This document shows positions 1 to 10,914 of a stretch of DNA of 64,000 bases, piece by piece. Within the stretch, counting starts at the first letter, position 1. The number at the start of each line of letters is the position of its first letter. The notes below the pieces were generated by a model, which had not been told where the DNA came from, did no database searches, and saw nothing but the letters and a program-made list of their open reading frames with translations. The position numbers and the translations under genes were made by a program. The DNA lies in the NCBI GenBank assembly GCA_028534125.1, contig CM052817.1:2110001-2174000 (forward strand), read 5' to 3'. The stretch is from Lama glama (taxonomy: Eukaryota).

Positions 1-3000
1 GAGCCTTGTCCTCAAGGCGACAGAGCACAGAGGTGAAGGGCGGTTCGGGACTCCCGGGAACCGGCAGGGCATTGGTGACCACGGTGGGGGAGGCCCAGGC
101 AGGGAGAAGGGAGACCTGGGGTCTCCCTGGAGAAGCCTTGTTCAGAGGTGACAGCTGGGCAGACACTGGCTCTGACCAGGGGAAGGCCTGGGAGGTTGGC
201 AGAGGCTGAAGTTTAGGGCAGGCTGGCCTTGGGCAGCATGGGGAGGGGTGGCTAGAGGTCAGGGGCCGGCTCTGAGCCTCATTTTCCAGCCTGGGGTGGG
301 GCCCTAATGAGCTTAGAGCTTTTCATCTCCTCTTCAGAGGTGCAGGGTGCCTGTCTGGGGCCAGATTCAGGCCAAGCAGGCCTGTCCAGGGTGGACATTG
401 TAGGGGGAGGAGTGGGAGGGGAAGGCCGTGGGCATGCAGAGTCAGACAGGGGTCACAGGGACACCCCATTCTGGCTGGCCTTGGGGTTCCCTCGTTCAGG
501 ATGGGGCCGTGAGGACCATCCCTGACAACACCAGGAAGTGGACGGTCTGCCCCGACAGTCCTGGGTGCCTCCCTCCTGCTGGCCACCCGCTACTCATTTT
601 TTTTACCCAGACACAGTGTGTGTCCCTGGGAACGGGAAGGGGACAGGGGGACAGAGGTGAGTCAGGATTTGCTGGAGGACATGGAACCTTTCCTCCGGGG
701 CCGGCAGCCTGGGGAGGAGGGGCCTGGGTCTAGGGGGAACAGAGATGAATGGGACCCCAGACAGTGTGGCCAGAACCACAGGGATGGGTGGGGCACTCAG
801 GGCGGCCGCCTAGGGAGAGGCCCACCTGGTCTCTGCTTGGCCCGGAGAATGTTTGAGGCAGCTCCTGAGATGCTGGCAAGAAGCTGGAACTGAGGGAAGA
901 GAGCAGGCGAAGGACAGCCTGTGGAGCGAGGGCTGGGGAGCAGCCACCAGAGGGGCACTGCTGCCTCCCAGGGCACTGCCGGGGGCCGGGGCGGGACGGA
1001 GCAGCCTTCCTGGGCTGCCTGGCATGACCCTGCTGGTGCCGGGCTGCCCAGAGCCCTCTGCCTGCTCTCCTGCTTCCGCTGTGGAAGACACAGGTCACAA
1101 AACTAGCTGCTGCGCTGCGGGAGCTTGTACCCCTGAACCCAGGGCAACCCCAGCTCTCCTTTAGGCATTCAGAGGCCCCTGTGTGGAGGCCAGGCCTCCT
1201 TGCTAGCACCCCTCAGCACCGTCTCAGCCCCGGACGGGCTCTCCCAGCTCCAACCAGGCCTTTGCCTCCTGCTTTACCTGCCAGCCCTTCTTGTCCTCCA
1301 CCCCTCGGTACGTGCCCCCTTCTCCAGGCAGCCTGCAGGGATTTTGCCCTGGGCACTTCTGCCTGTTATCTCGGGCTATGTGGGAGAGGGTCTGCATCTG
1401 CCCTTCTGTGGGCCGGTGTCCACTGGGCCTGGTCAGGGTGGGGGCCTCGCCCGGTTTGTTGGGTGTATGGCTGGGTGCTTGGAGCCCACGTGGACACAAT
1501 GTGATCCGGTTCTGCCTGGGGCGGGTGGGGGCTCTGGCTCTGTGCCAGCTGCCTAAGCCCTTCCTCGGCTGGTCCGCTGGGCCTCGAGGGTGGAGGACTT
1601 CTGGTGTGATGGAGTCTGGGTGCTATGAATGCAGCGGGTTTACAGAAACCCCTCACCTCGGAGTGGAGATTTTCTGGGTGTTGAAAACTCTTAGCCAGTT
1701 CATAGGGCAAGGCCAGCTCTGTGACCCCGACAAGCCCCGTGTGGCCCCGGGCAGCCCAGGGCCCCGTGTGGCCCTGGCCTGGACGCTAGGTGGTCGGATG
1801 GCCCTTGCCTGTGCTCCCTGCAGGGGGCAGCGGTCTCGGTGGGGGTGCCCTGCTCTGTCCCGGTTTGACTGGACCTTGCTGGCTTTAGCCCTAAAAGTCT
1901 CGCCTCCCAGGAACCCCTCAGGATGCTGGTCACCCCGTGTCCAGGCAAAGCCTCCCTCCTTCCCTCCCTGACCACTGACGCTGTGGGTCAGCTCCGGGTG
2001 CGGCCTTTCTTTGCAGGGGACCCTCTGGATCAGGGCGGTGGGTCCTCCTTCAAGTGGGGTTCTGATTCCAAGTCTCTGGAGGTGGGCGCAGGGCTCCTTG
2101 TGGGGGTCTGAGGCAGCTCCTGGGAGCCCCCTCCCCCGGCCTGGGCATTGGCACCAAAGGGCAGCCCGTCTGCCCGCGAACCCTCCCAGGTCCCCCCGCG
2201 GGGTCAGTAAGAACATGCGGGAAGAGCAAGCAGCTCCCAGCCGGCCCCGGGCGTCTGCGTGATGCATTATGTTTCAGCACAGCGGACGCGGCATCAACTG
2301 AGGGGGGCCTGTCCTCCGGGGCCCCAAAGCTGGGCGAGGCGGGGCGAGAGCAGGGAGAGAACCGTGTCACCTGCACTGGTTCCCGGCATCACCTGGGTGA
2401 ACCCAGGTGGACCTGGCCCGATCGGGACCTCGGTCTCTCTGACCCCAGTGTCCCCGCTGAGCAAGCAGGAGCCCCGCAGGCCTTGCTGGGGCAGAGAAGG
2501 GATGAGGTGAAAGGCTTCTGTGCAGGCAGGGGCCTTCAGAAGGCGCCCCACAGTGGTGTCCGGTGCCAGGACAAGACGGTGAGTGAGGTAGGGTCTGCCC
2601 ACTGAAGCCCCTGGGCTGGCTGGTCCTCCAGTGCCCGCCGCTGGCAGAACCAGGACCCTCCCCAGGCTCCACCTTGCCTTCCTGGGACAGGTGGGCAGTG
2701 GCTCAGACAGGCTGTCCTGTGGGTGTTTCAATTCCCCACCTGAATTCCACCCCCCAAAAATCCCATCCCCCTGAATCCCACCATCCACCTGAGCCCCACC
2801 CCTGAACCCCCCTGGGGCAGGGAGCTGGCCAGCCAGTTGGTCCAAGTGCCTAGACCTGGCCGTGTCCTAAGGTCAGGCCCTCAGGGAGGAGGGAGGAACT
2901 TGGCATTTGCCCCTTGATGTGGCATTGGGCCCCTACCCCATGTGTCTATGCCCGGCGGGACCCAGAGGGCAGGCGTGTGGAGGAGGCTGCTGGTAAGGGG

Positions 3001-3514
3001 CCAGACGGCAGCTGGAATCCTTCCCTGCAGGACCCTGTGCCCAGTGGACAGGCTCTCAGGCAGGTCAGAAAAGGTGGGTCGGGTGTGGGTCCCAGGCACT
3101 CTGGGCCCCCACCTCCGCTCCTGTTGCGTCTGCCCCGTGTGCCAGTGGGGTGTGCAGGGTGAAAGCATCTACTTCTAGGAAATGGGCAGGGGGGGTTTCT
3201 CGGGCGGAAGAGGGGCTTGAAGTGCTGGGGGCCATTGAGAAGGATATGTCACTGTGGATGGAAGTATGGGCCTACGCTCGGGGAAGGATGCCCTGTGGGG
3301 ATTCACCAGTCCAGAGAGGGTCCTGGAAGCCTGGAGCAGGGGGGGGTGACCCAGGAGGACAGCCGAGGGGGAGGGCTGGGGCGTGGACAGGGCAGGGCGT
3401 CCTGCCAGGGAGGGGCAGGGCACTGGGTTGCTGAGGAATAAGTGACTGGGAGAGATGGCGGAGGGTTGGGGCTGGGGTCCAAAGACAGAAGAGTGTGGTC
3501 GCTCGACCCCACAG

Positions 3515-3643
3515 GAGCCGCGGGGCCCGAGGGGCCGCGCAGTGAGGCGCACACCTACGCGAATGTCCCTGTCAGCCCCTCCTCCCCACAGCAGCTGCAC
3601 TACTTGAGGCTGCAGCTGCAGGCGGCCAGTGCGGGCATCCGAG
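3515..3643 (+). CDS. DOK7: DOK7 alternative 3' coding exon (penultimate exon of the extended isoform)
   Basis: Acceptor ccccacag|GA and donor CGAG|gtgggt; 129 nt, phase 1-1. Encodes AAGPEGPRSEAHTYANVPVSPSSPQQLHYLRLQLQAASAGIR(G), which resembles the long human DOK7 isoform as I recall it (..GPERPRGESPTYVNIPVSPSSRKQLHYMGLELQEASEGVRG..). DOK7 is convergent with LRPAP1 in mammals. The 5' boundary is less certain. Confidence 0.75.
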
Positions 3644-3911
3644 GTGGGTCCCACGGGCCCGATGGGGGTGCTGGGGGTGCTGGGCCTGTGGCACTGGGGG
3701 CCTCGGGGCCCCGAACCCCGGGCATGTTGGCCCTCAGCCAGGGGCTCCCCAATTGCCCCCTCCTTCCTCCCGCTGACCCTGGCGCTTGGGCCCTTGCGGG
3801 TGAGCGGGGCGGGTGCAGCCCCAGCCTGTCTCCTCGTCCAGGCCCAGTGTGCCCCAGGCGGGGTCCCGGGGCGGGCAGGGTGCGCGGCGGCTCACCTCGG
3901 GCTGCTTGCAG

Positions 3912-4048
3912 GGTCTGGAGCCTCCCGCTACGCGCAGATCGACATCCTGGCCACCGAGGCGGCCCACAGGGCGGGGGCCCTGCATGCACACACCAGGAAG
4001 GAGCGGCTGCACGACCTGGAGCAGAGGCGGAAGGGGGTCCCGCGGTGA
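3912..4048 (+). CDS. DOK7: DOK7 alternative terminal coding exon
   Basis: Acceptor gctgcttgcag|GG is in frame with the preceding exon. Encodes (G)SGASRYAQIDILATEAAHRAGALHAHTRKERLHDLEQRRKGVPR* (TGA 4046-4048), resembling the recalled human tail GASLYAQIDIMATETAHRVGVRHARAREEQLSELEQRK. Confidence 0.8.
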
Positions 4049-6085
4049 GGTGGCTGGACTCCACCAAGACCGATGCCCCAAGGGAGCGGCCCCACGGCAT
4101 CTCTGTTGTATCCTGACGGTCAGGCTCCGAGCAGAGGGTGGGCGAGCTGCCCTGGGCCCTGGTGCAGGCGGGTGGACGGTTCTGGGGCTCCTGTCCTCCC
4201 GCCTGGAACCTCCCGAGTCTCTGGTGTCCAGAGCCCGCCCTTCCTCTGACGTCCACTCTGGCCCCCAGGCCGGCGGGAAGTGCCACCTGGACAGATGCTG
4301 GGTGGCTCCGGTTGGACCTGGTGCAGCGTCTCAGCACCTGGTGAGCAGTTTCCGGCCCTGGAGGTGGTGACCACCCAGTGACAGCGATGCATCCCATCAC
4401 TTGAGCACCTGGGCCCCCACGCCCTCCGCAGGGCCCCAGCCATCCCCATCCTGGTCACCGCTGCCTGTGCCTGGACCAAGCTGCGGTGCGGCCCTCACGC
4501 TTGGCTGACTGCCCCCTTCTTCGGGCCCATTCGTCCTGTAAACGGGTTAAAGTCGATGGCTTGTGCTCCACTGTCAGTCACGCATTAATTCCTGAGGGCG
4601 AGGCGCCCGTGCTCTCCGCCGTCCAGACACACAGAGGGGCTGGGCTGGGGTTAGGCCTCCTGGTGGCCTTGGGGGTCGTGTGGCATTTCCACGATTCAGT
4701 GGATGGGAGGGGTGGTCCTGGCTCCACTGGCTGTTGGGGGCCTGGAGGCTGGGAGGTTCCCAGCCTTGGGGGTGGGCTTCCTGCTCCCTGGGCTGTAGCA
4801 GGACAGGAAGGCTGGGCCGGGCACTCCTACCCTGGTCTCGGACATGAGATGGCGCTCTGCCCTGCCTGGTGGGGCTCCAACCACGGCCACGCAGACCCAT
4901 CCTACCCTGCCCGCCTCCAGGGACCCCACCCAGGACCCAGTGGGCGTGGCTAGCACGCCCATGGGGAGCACATACGGCTCACACCCCACAGGCCCTCCTT
5001 CTCAGTGGGGGCCCCTTGGGTTAGTGGGCCCAGAAGTCCAGTCCCCTTCCCCACCGAGTCCGTGGAGGCAAATGTCCCGCCTGGGGTGCAAAGGCCGAGG
5101 GGCTGCCCCACAGGCAGGTCAGGATCTCACATGCCCTGGATGAGATGCCAGGGTAGCGGGACTTGCCTTCTCAGGTGCGCGTGGTGGCAAAGCACAGCCA
5201 GTGTGCCCCAGTCCAGGGCTCCAGCTGGGCCAGGGTCCTGCAGGTGCAGGGGGCCGACCTCCGTGCCCTGGGCAGGCCACACGTGTCAGCTTAGGGCTGG
5301 GCAACTAGGGGTCCCAGGCCTTACCTGTGACCTCGAGGGGCTGGCGTCTGGGGTCTCCTATTTTCAAAATGGGATGAGCCTGCTGTGTTTTCACAAAGCT
5401 AACGTGGGGTCAGGTCACGGATGTGTGACGTGTCCGGGAAGGGGCGCCATCCCTGCCGCCTGCCCTGTGGGCAGCCGAGGGGCCTCCTGCGGACCCCCCG
5501 CTTGGGCACATGGCTGTGAGGAACAGAGTAGCTCCCGCAGGGTCAGGAGGGCCCAGCCAAGGGCACCATGAGAGGGGCCATCGGGGAGCAGGTGCTCGGG
5601 AGGCTGGGAGGGGCCCGGAGTGCGGGTGCCGGCCGAGGCTGAGGGTAGGGCTTTGTTCTGATGAATGGTGGCCAGGCAGGGCCAAGTGGGGCCAGACAAA
5701 CACCTTTCCTCCTCCGGAGCTGTGAAGCCAGCACTTGGTGGCCCGATTCGTTGGGGTTAGCTCTGCCAAGCTGCTACAGCCGCCAGGGCCAAGGCACACG
5801 TCCACAGGCTCGAGCTGGGGAAGGGACTCCGCCTTTGCTGAGAGGACGGGGCACCCCTGCAGTGACGCCTGTCACTGCTCTTCCCACTGCCTTCATGTCC
5901 CATCCCTCTCACATCCTCATGACCCCTCTGCCCTCAGGTCCCCGGGCGGGACCCTCGTTAGGCCCGAGCTGGCCCGCAGGAGGCTGCGCAGGGCGCCGGA
6001 CACGACCCGGCAGAGGCGTCCTCCCCCGGCCTCCCTGACCCCAGCGTCTCAGCTCTGAGATACCACGGTTGGACTGAACATCGCA

Positions 6086-6770
6086 TTACTTTTTTATTGA
6101 GGTGTAACTGACAAATACCACGATGTGGGTTTAGGTGGACAACATGAGGGTTCAGTATTTGTGTATATTGTGAGATGACCCCCACAGTGAGCCCAGTGAA
6201 CACCCCCCTCAGAGTTAGACTTTTCCCCTTGTGACAAGATCTCTAAAGACCAACTCGCTAGCGACCTGCAGTGTAAATCCGGGGCTGTGACCTGCAGGCG
6301 CCACGCTGCACACAACCTTCGAGACTCCACTTCTAACTGGAAGTTCGCACCTTTTGGCCCCTGCACCCACACCGCCACCGCCCGCCGTCCACCTCTGCAG
6401 CCACAGGTCTGCTCTGTGCCGAGCTCACGTCTCTCCTCTGGAAGCTTCCCCGTGTGAGTGAGGTCATGCACGTGCCTGTCTCCTCTCACTCAGCGCGGCG
6501 GCCTCTGGGTCCATCTGTGAAGCTGCAGATGACAGGGGTTCGCTTCTTCAGCGGCCGGGTGGCACTGCGCGTGTGTACGTGTGCGCACACACGCCACATC
6601 GGCCTGTCCACGCGCCCATCGACGGGCACTCGGGGGCTTCTGCCTCCCGGATGCGGGGCATCGCGCTGCAGCGGACACGGCACGCGTGAGCCAGCGTTTC
6701 CGTTTCCTCCCGATCGACGCCCAGCAGCGCGGCTGCGGCTCCCACGGCAGCTCTGCTTTCAGCTTCGCCT
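6086..6770 (-). mobile_element. L1 3' end fragment (old, GC-shifted)
   Basis: Starts with a T-run, tttttattgaggtgtaactgac, followed by recognisable antisense L1 3'UTR and ORF2-end sequence. Boundaries approximate. Confidence 0.7.
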
Positions 6771-6778
6771 CCATTTTG

Positions 6779-6945
6779 TGGGGGGAGGAGTGACTGGGCT
6801 TGCTTATTTGCTTGTATCTCGTAACTTTCTTGGGGGGATGGATGAGGTTTACTCACCGATTTATTTAAGTGGAGGTACCGGGGACCGAACCAGGACCTCA
6901 GGCCCGCTAAGCCTGCGCTCTGCCCCTGAGCTGCACCCTTCCCCC
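6779..6945 (-). mobile_element. tRNA-derived SINE, camelid vic-1-like
   Basis: Reverse complement reads ggggaagggtgcagctcaggggcagagcgcaggcttagcgggcctgaggtcctggttcggtccccggtacctcc (A/B-box tRNA head), then an aataaat tail with a duplicated CCCCC-containing tail motif. Confidence 0.75.
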
Positions 6946-6984
6946 ATTCTTCTAGACTCTGCAGTGATCTGAGCTCCTCTTATA

Positions 6985-8930
6985 AGAAGTTGGAACACAG
7001 ACAGCAAATTAAACACAAATTAAATAGAAGAGTAAGAACAGGAGTCAGTGAAAAAGAAAACGGACAAACAAGCAGCAGAGAAAAATCCATGAACCTCAAG
7101 GCTGGCTCTGGGGGAAACGCCCACGGAACCGGCAAGCCCCGGGTGAGACGGGCGGGGCGGGGGCGGGCGGAGGGGCGGGGCGGGGGCGGGCAGAGGGGCG
7201 GGGCGGAGAGGGGCGGGGCGAGCGCTCGGACCGCCAGCACCGGGCGGGCGTGCGAACGGCGGGGCTCACCACAGATTCCACACGCAGTAAGAAGATAAAA
7301 GGGTATTTTCAACAACTAACGCCAGTTATTTTGGCAACTTAGATGGAATTCCTTGCCAAACACACCTTTAAAAAACACAAAAGAATTGTAAAATCAAAGC
7401 AGCCTCCTGTCTATTTTTAAAAACTGAACTCATAGTAAGGACCTCATCACGAGGGAAGTCCCAGGCCTGGACGGCCTCACCCGTCAACCCTACTGCGCAT
7501 TTAAGACAGAAGCAGCGCCACTTCTCCCGGCCTGTGGGTGAGGCTTCACCGACAGGCAGAGGGAGAGCACAGGCCAGAGCCCCGCGGGAGGGCGCGTGCA
7601 GGAGTGCTCAGCCAGCGGCAGCGCGTCTCCTCTGGCCACAGAAAAGGGCCAGTCAGCACGACCCGTGCGACTTACCCAGCGACGCGAGGCGACGCCAGCC
7701 CGGCAGAGGGGCAGGCAAGCCTTCACAACCTCCCCAACAGACGCGTGCGAAGTCCTCCACCACCTCCGATGGCACACTTGGCAGACGAGGGCGGCACCTC
7801 TGCTTTCCCCAAAAGGGCCCTCACCTGCGAGCGCGCGGACGTGGGTGAAGGTGCGGGCGCCCCCTTCCGCCACCGCTGTCCTCGGCGGCCTGGCGACCCG
7901 GCCAGTGCGGACGCCCCCACAGATGACAGAACAGGCGTGAATTTAGGGTAGAGGACGCGAGGTTGTTACGTGAAACAAACAATCGGAAGATGAAATACAG
8001 AACTCGCGCGAGCGCAGAGCACCGTGTGCCGGGACTGGACTTAACTGGAGCGTGCGAGGCCGTGCAGAGGCAGCAGCCCGCGCCGGGACCGCGTCCGGGA
8101 GACGCGCGCCCCGCCCCGGAGAGGGGGCCTGGCCTCCCAACACAGCTGAAGGGCCAGCCTTCCCCAGACGGTGCCGTCTGTGCACCAGGACGCCCTTCAG
8201 CAAGGACAGGGACCCCACCGCTGACGCAGGCAGCGCACGTGCCGGGCCAGGGACACCGGACACACACGGTCTAGCTCCACTATGGGAAACGCAGGGACAG
8301 GCAGAAGGAGGGGATGGTCACAAGGCGGTGGCCTGGGTGAGGACGGCTTTCCGGAGCACAGGCAACACTGAGTCTCTTCTTGAGTAGCGGCCACACAGGT
8401 TATTACCACCGCCAGCACCGTCCCCCAGGCTGCACACTTAAGACCTGGGCTATTTTCTGTGAACGTGCTCCCTCCCCGCCACAAAACCACCTCAAATTTA
8501 ACAAGCGTCTGTCTAAGTAGGCACTGCCAACACCAGCAGGAACGTCCAAGGTGAAAGCTGAACACCAAGGCTTGGCAACAGAGCACTCACTCCGCCCGGC
8601 CGCAGCGGGAATGCACGCCTCCCCTTGGAAAGGCATCTGGAATCACCTGCTGTGTTTGAACGAACGCACACAGCAGGACCCACCACCACTACTCAGCATC
8701 TGAAAACGCGCGTTCCAACTGCTGTCACCACCCCAAACTGGAAATATGGCACATCTCCATCAACAGCAGAACGGACGAGAAACAAAGTGTGACAGCCTCC
8801 CACAAAGGGATGACACCAAGGAACAAACTTCCGCTGGCGTTATCTCAGCAACACGCCTGCTAAAACCCGGACAACACGAACACAGACCGCCCCCCAGCAC
8901 ACTCCCACGTCTGTGAAGGTCAGACAGGGA
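6985..8930 (+). mobile_element. Degenerate L1 ORF2/3' region, strongly GC-shifted
   Basis: 6990-7145 translates to QQIKHKLNRR..EKENGQ..EKSMNLKAG..GKPRVR, matching the ORF2 post-endonuclease linker. 7420-7510 (gaagtcccaggcctggacggcctcacccgtcaaccctactgcgcatttaag) matches the SPGPDGFTGEFYQTFK motif. 8720-8900 resembles an L1 3'UTR. Confidence 0.7.
7149..7222 (+). repeat. (GGGGC)n low-complexity tract
   Basis: gggcggggcgggggcgggcggaggggcggggcgggggcgggcagaggggcggggcggagaggggcggggcg, seen directly. Confidence 0.9.
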
Positions 8931-8954
8931 AACCCGACCTTGAAGGGCGGTCTC

Positions 8955-9230
8955 CTAGTCCCCTATAATGGACCACCGCAGACAGGAATGAAGCAACACA
9001 GGTTCACTTTCCCAGTCCTGGGGGCGGACGTCCGTGGCCACAGCGTGGGAGGTTGGGCGCCGGGGGGCAGTCTGCACAGTGGCAGGGGTGAGGGAGCTCT
9101 GGGGTCGTCTTGTAAGGGCACTGATTTCACTTGTGAGGACCCCGACCTCATGACCTCCCAAAGGCCCCACCTCCAGGCACCGTCACCTTGGGGATTAGGT
9201 TCCAACCCACGGATTTGGGGAACACAAGCC
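8955..9230 (-). mobile_element. MaLR (MLT1-like) LTR fragment
   Basis: cctcatgacctcccaaaggccccacctcc..caccttggggattaggttccaac..ggatttggggaacaca is the typical antisense MLT1 5' end. Confidence 0.65.
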
Positions 9231-10371
9231 AGTGGCTGGCTACAGGAGAAAGGAGGGCCCAGGGCCGCTGGTCCCCTGCGCTTCCTGGGCTGGGTGGGCC
9301 CACCACACGGGCATGGGACATCTCCCTGAGCCCCAGGCGTATGTCTTGTGCCCTTCAGCGAACGTCCTTTTTACTTCAAAGGGATCATTTAGAAGCTACA
9401 AACAGTGCAGCCACTGCCCCTGACTTGGGGGGGGGTCCTCCTCACCCACCTCCCCCAGGGCTGGAGGCGGCGAGCGACAGTGAAGGCCCGTCCCTCTCTC
9501 TTGCTCCGGTCTGAAGGCCATTTCTCTGGGCTGTCAGCTCCTCAGAGGCCGGACTGGTTGAGGCTCCTTCTCTGTCGGCCTCCATGTCCTGGCCAGCCTC
9601 CCCAGGCCTGGCAGCGCCCCTGCCGTGAACCATGAGGGCCAGGCCCTGCAGGCAAATGGGGGCTCTCAGCCCTGCAAGAGCAGCTCTCCCCTGAGCCTCG
9701 CACACGTGCCTCCGTGCAGTCACCCCAGCCCTGCCCGTGGCAGCTGGCCTGGGTGGTGGCAGACAGGACGTGAAGGCCCAGGCACAGGGGCGGTGCAGGC
9801 CCCACGACCCAGGGAGGAGTGGGGCCGCCTCCCCGCTTGTGCTTGCAACACCCTGCACAGTCCCGCCACGGTGCCCTTGGCCTTGCCTCTTCTTGTAACA
9901 GCAACAGGAAACCCGTGCTCGGCGGATCCCAGTGCTGGTGCTGAGATCTGATGAGGCCAACGCGGGAAGGCAGCGCCCAGCGGAGCCTCCAGGACCCCAG
10001 GTGTGCTGCGGACCCATCCCTGACTCGGGCCCGAGCCCTCCTGCAGCGAGAACCAGGCACTTCCGCTGGATGGAGCCCCGCGGGCTGCTCCCGAGCCCGT
10101 CCTGTGGGGGCAGGAGGAGAAAGGCAGCCCCACGAGGGCTCGGCTCAGAGGCCACGGCGCCGCGTCCCCACCCTGCCTTCGCCGCCGCCTGACCAGGGAG
10201 GCTGAGCCACGTCCATGACCCCTTCCTCCATCTCATGCCACAGAGAAGCTGGGGGAGGGGGCGACGGAAGAGGGGCCTCGGGAGCCCACACCTGTGACTG
10301 AAGTCACCAGCCCAGCAGACAGTGAAACAGGAACCAGTGACACCAACAAGCTCAGGACTTGACCACTGCAG

Positions 10372-10377
10372 TGTATT
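10372..10377 (-). terminator. LRPAP1: Candidate proximal LRPAP1 polyadenylation signal (variant AATACA)
   Basis: AATACA lies about 245 nt after the stop. It is followed on the minus strand by a GU-rich tract (ttgttggtgtcactggttcctgtttcactgtctg). I saw no AATAAA or ATTAAA between the stop and 6865. Confidence 0.4.
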
Positions 10378-10622
10378 TCTGAGCACTTCTGGACACACCG
10401 TTTCCAGCAGCAGACTGATCAGGTTTTGATGCAAACTGGCCCTGCAGCACGGGCAGCTGGAAATCAGCGTTCCTGACAGAGGTGACTGCCAGCGGTGCTG
10501 CGGGCGGGGCCGTGCTGGCCAGGGGGAGGTGGGGGTCACGCAGCTCCTCTTCTCGCTCGGGACCCTTGTGGCCCATCCCCCACTGGCTGTCTTCAGGAGT
10601 CCTGCGGCCAGGCTCCCGGGGC

Positions 10623-10685
10623 TCAGAGCTCGTTGTGGCGCGCTCTGGAGACCCGGCTGGACAGGTCCTGCAGGTGCTTCTTCAC
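10623..10685 (-). CDS. LRPAP1: LRPAP1 exon 8 (terminal)
   Basis: Acceptor ttttctccgcag|GTG. Encodes VKKHLQDLSSRVSRARHNEL*, 63 nt. HNEL is the known ER-retrieval signal of RAP. Confidence 0.97.
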   Translation of the reverse strand: MKKHLQDLSSRVSRARHNEL

Positions 10686-10914
10686 CTGCGGAGAAAACAC
10701 AGGCAAAGCAGTCAGGAGACCCGCTCACCCCGGCCCGAGACGCTGGCCCGGCAGTGAACTCCCGAGCCCGGTTAGCTCACTCTCCCACCCCCTCCCCCCC
10801 GGACCCCGTCGTGACTAAATCTCAGAAGCAGCTCACGAACTAGGAACAGCCTCCGAGGAACACTGGACGCAGGCGGAGGAGGCCTTCCCGCCCCCCACGC
10901 CCTCCTCCCACCCG

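Noticed and set aside
943..960. CTCF-like motif ccaccagaggggcactg (similar ones near 26445, 53530 and 57238)
   Set aside because: Imperfect matches are common by chance in GC-rich DNA and cannot be supported without ChIP or conservation data.
3031..3063. Possible 33-nt extra DOK7 micro-exon (ccttccctgcag|...CAG|gtcaga)
   Set aside because: Splice sites are plausible, but the peptide does not clearly match the recalled human isoform. Needs RNA-seq.
6870..6945. tRNA gene
   Set aside because: The tRNA-like head is followed by a SINE tail and is degenerate, so it is a SINE.
9442..10728. 428-aa minus-strand ORF overlapping LRPAP1 exon 8 and its 3'UTR
   Set aside because: It is in a different frame from exon 8, has low-complexity Ala/Gly/Pro/Arg composition and no recognisable domain. 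Long open frames are expected at this GC content.
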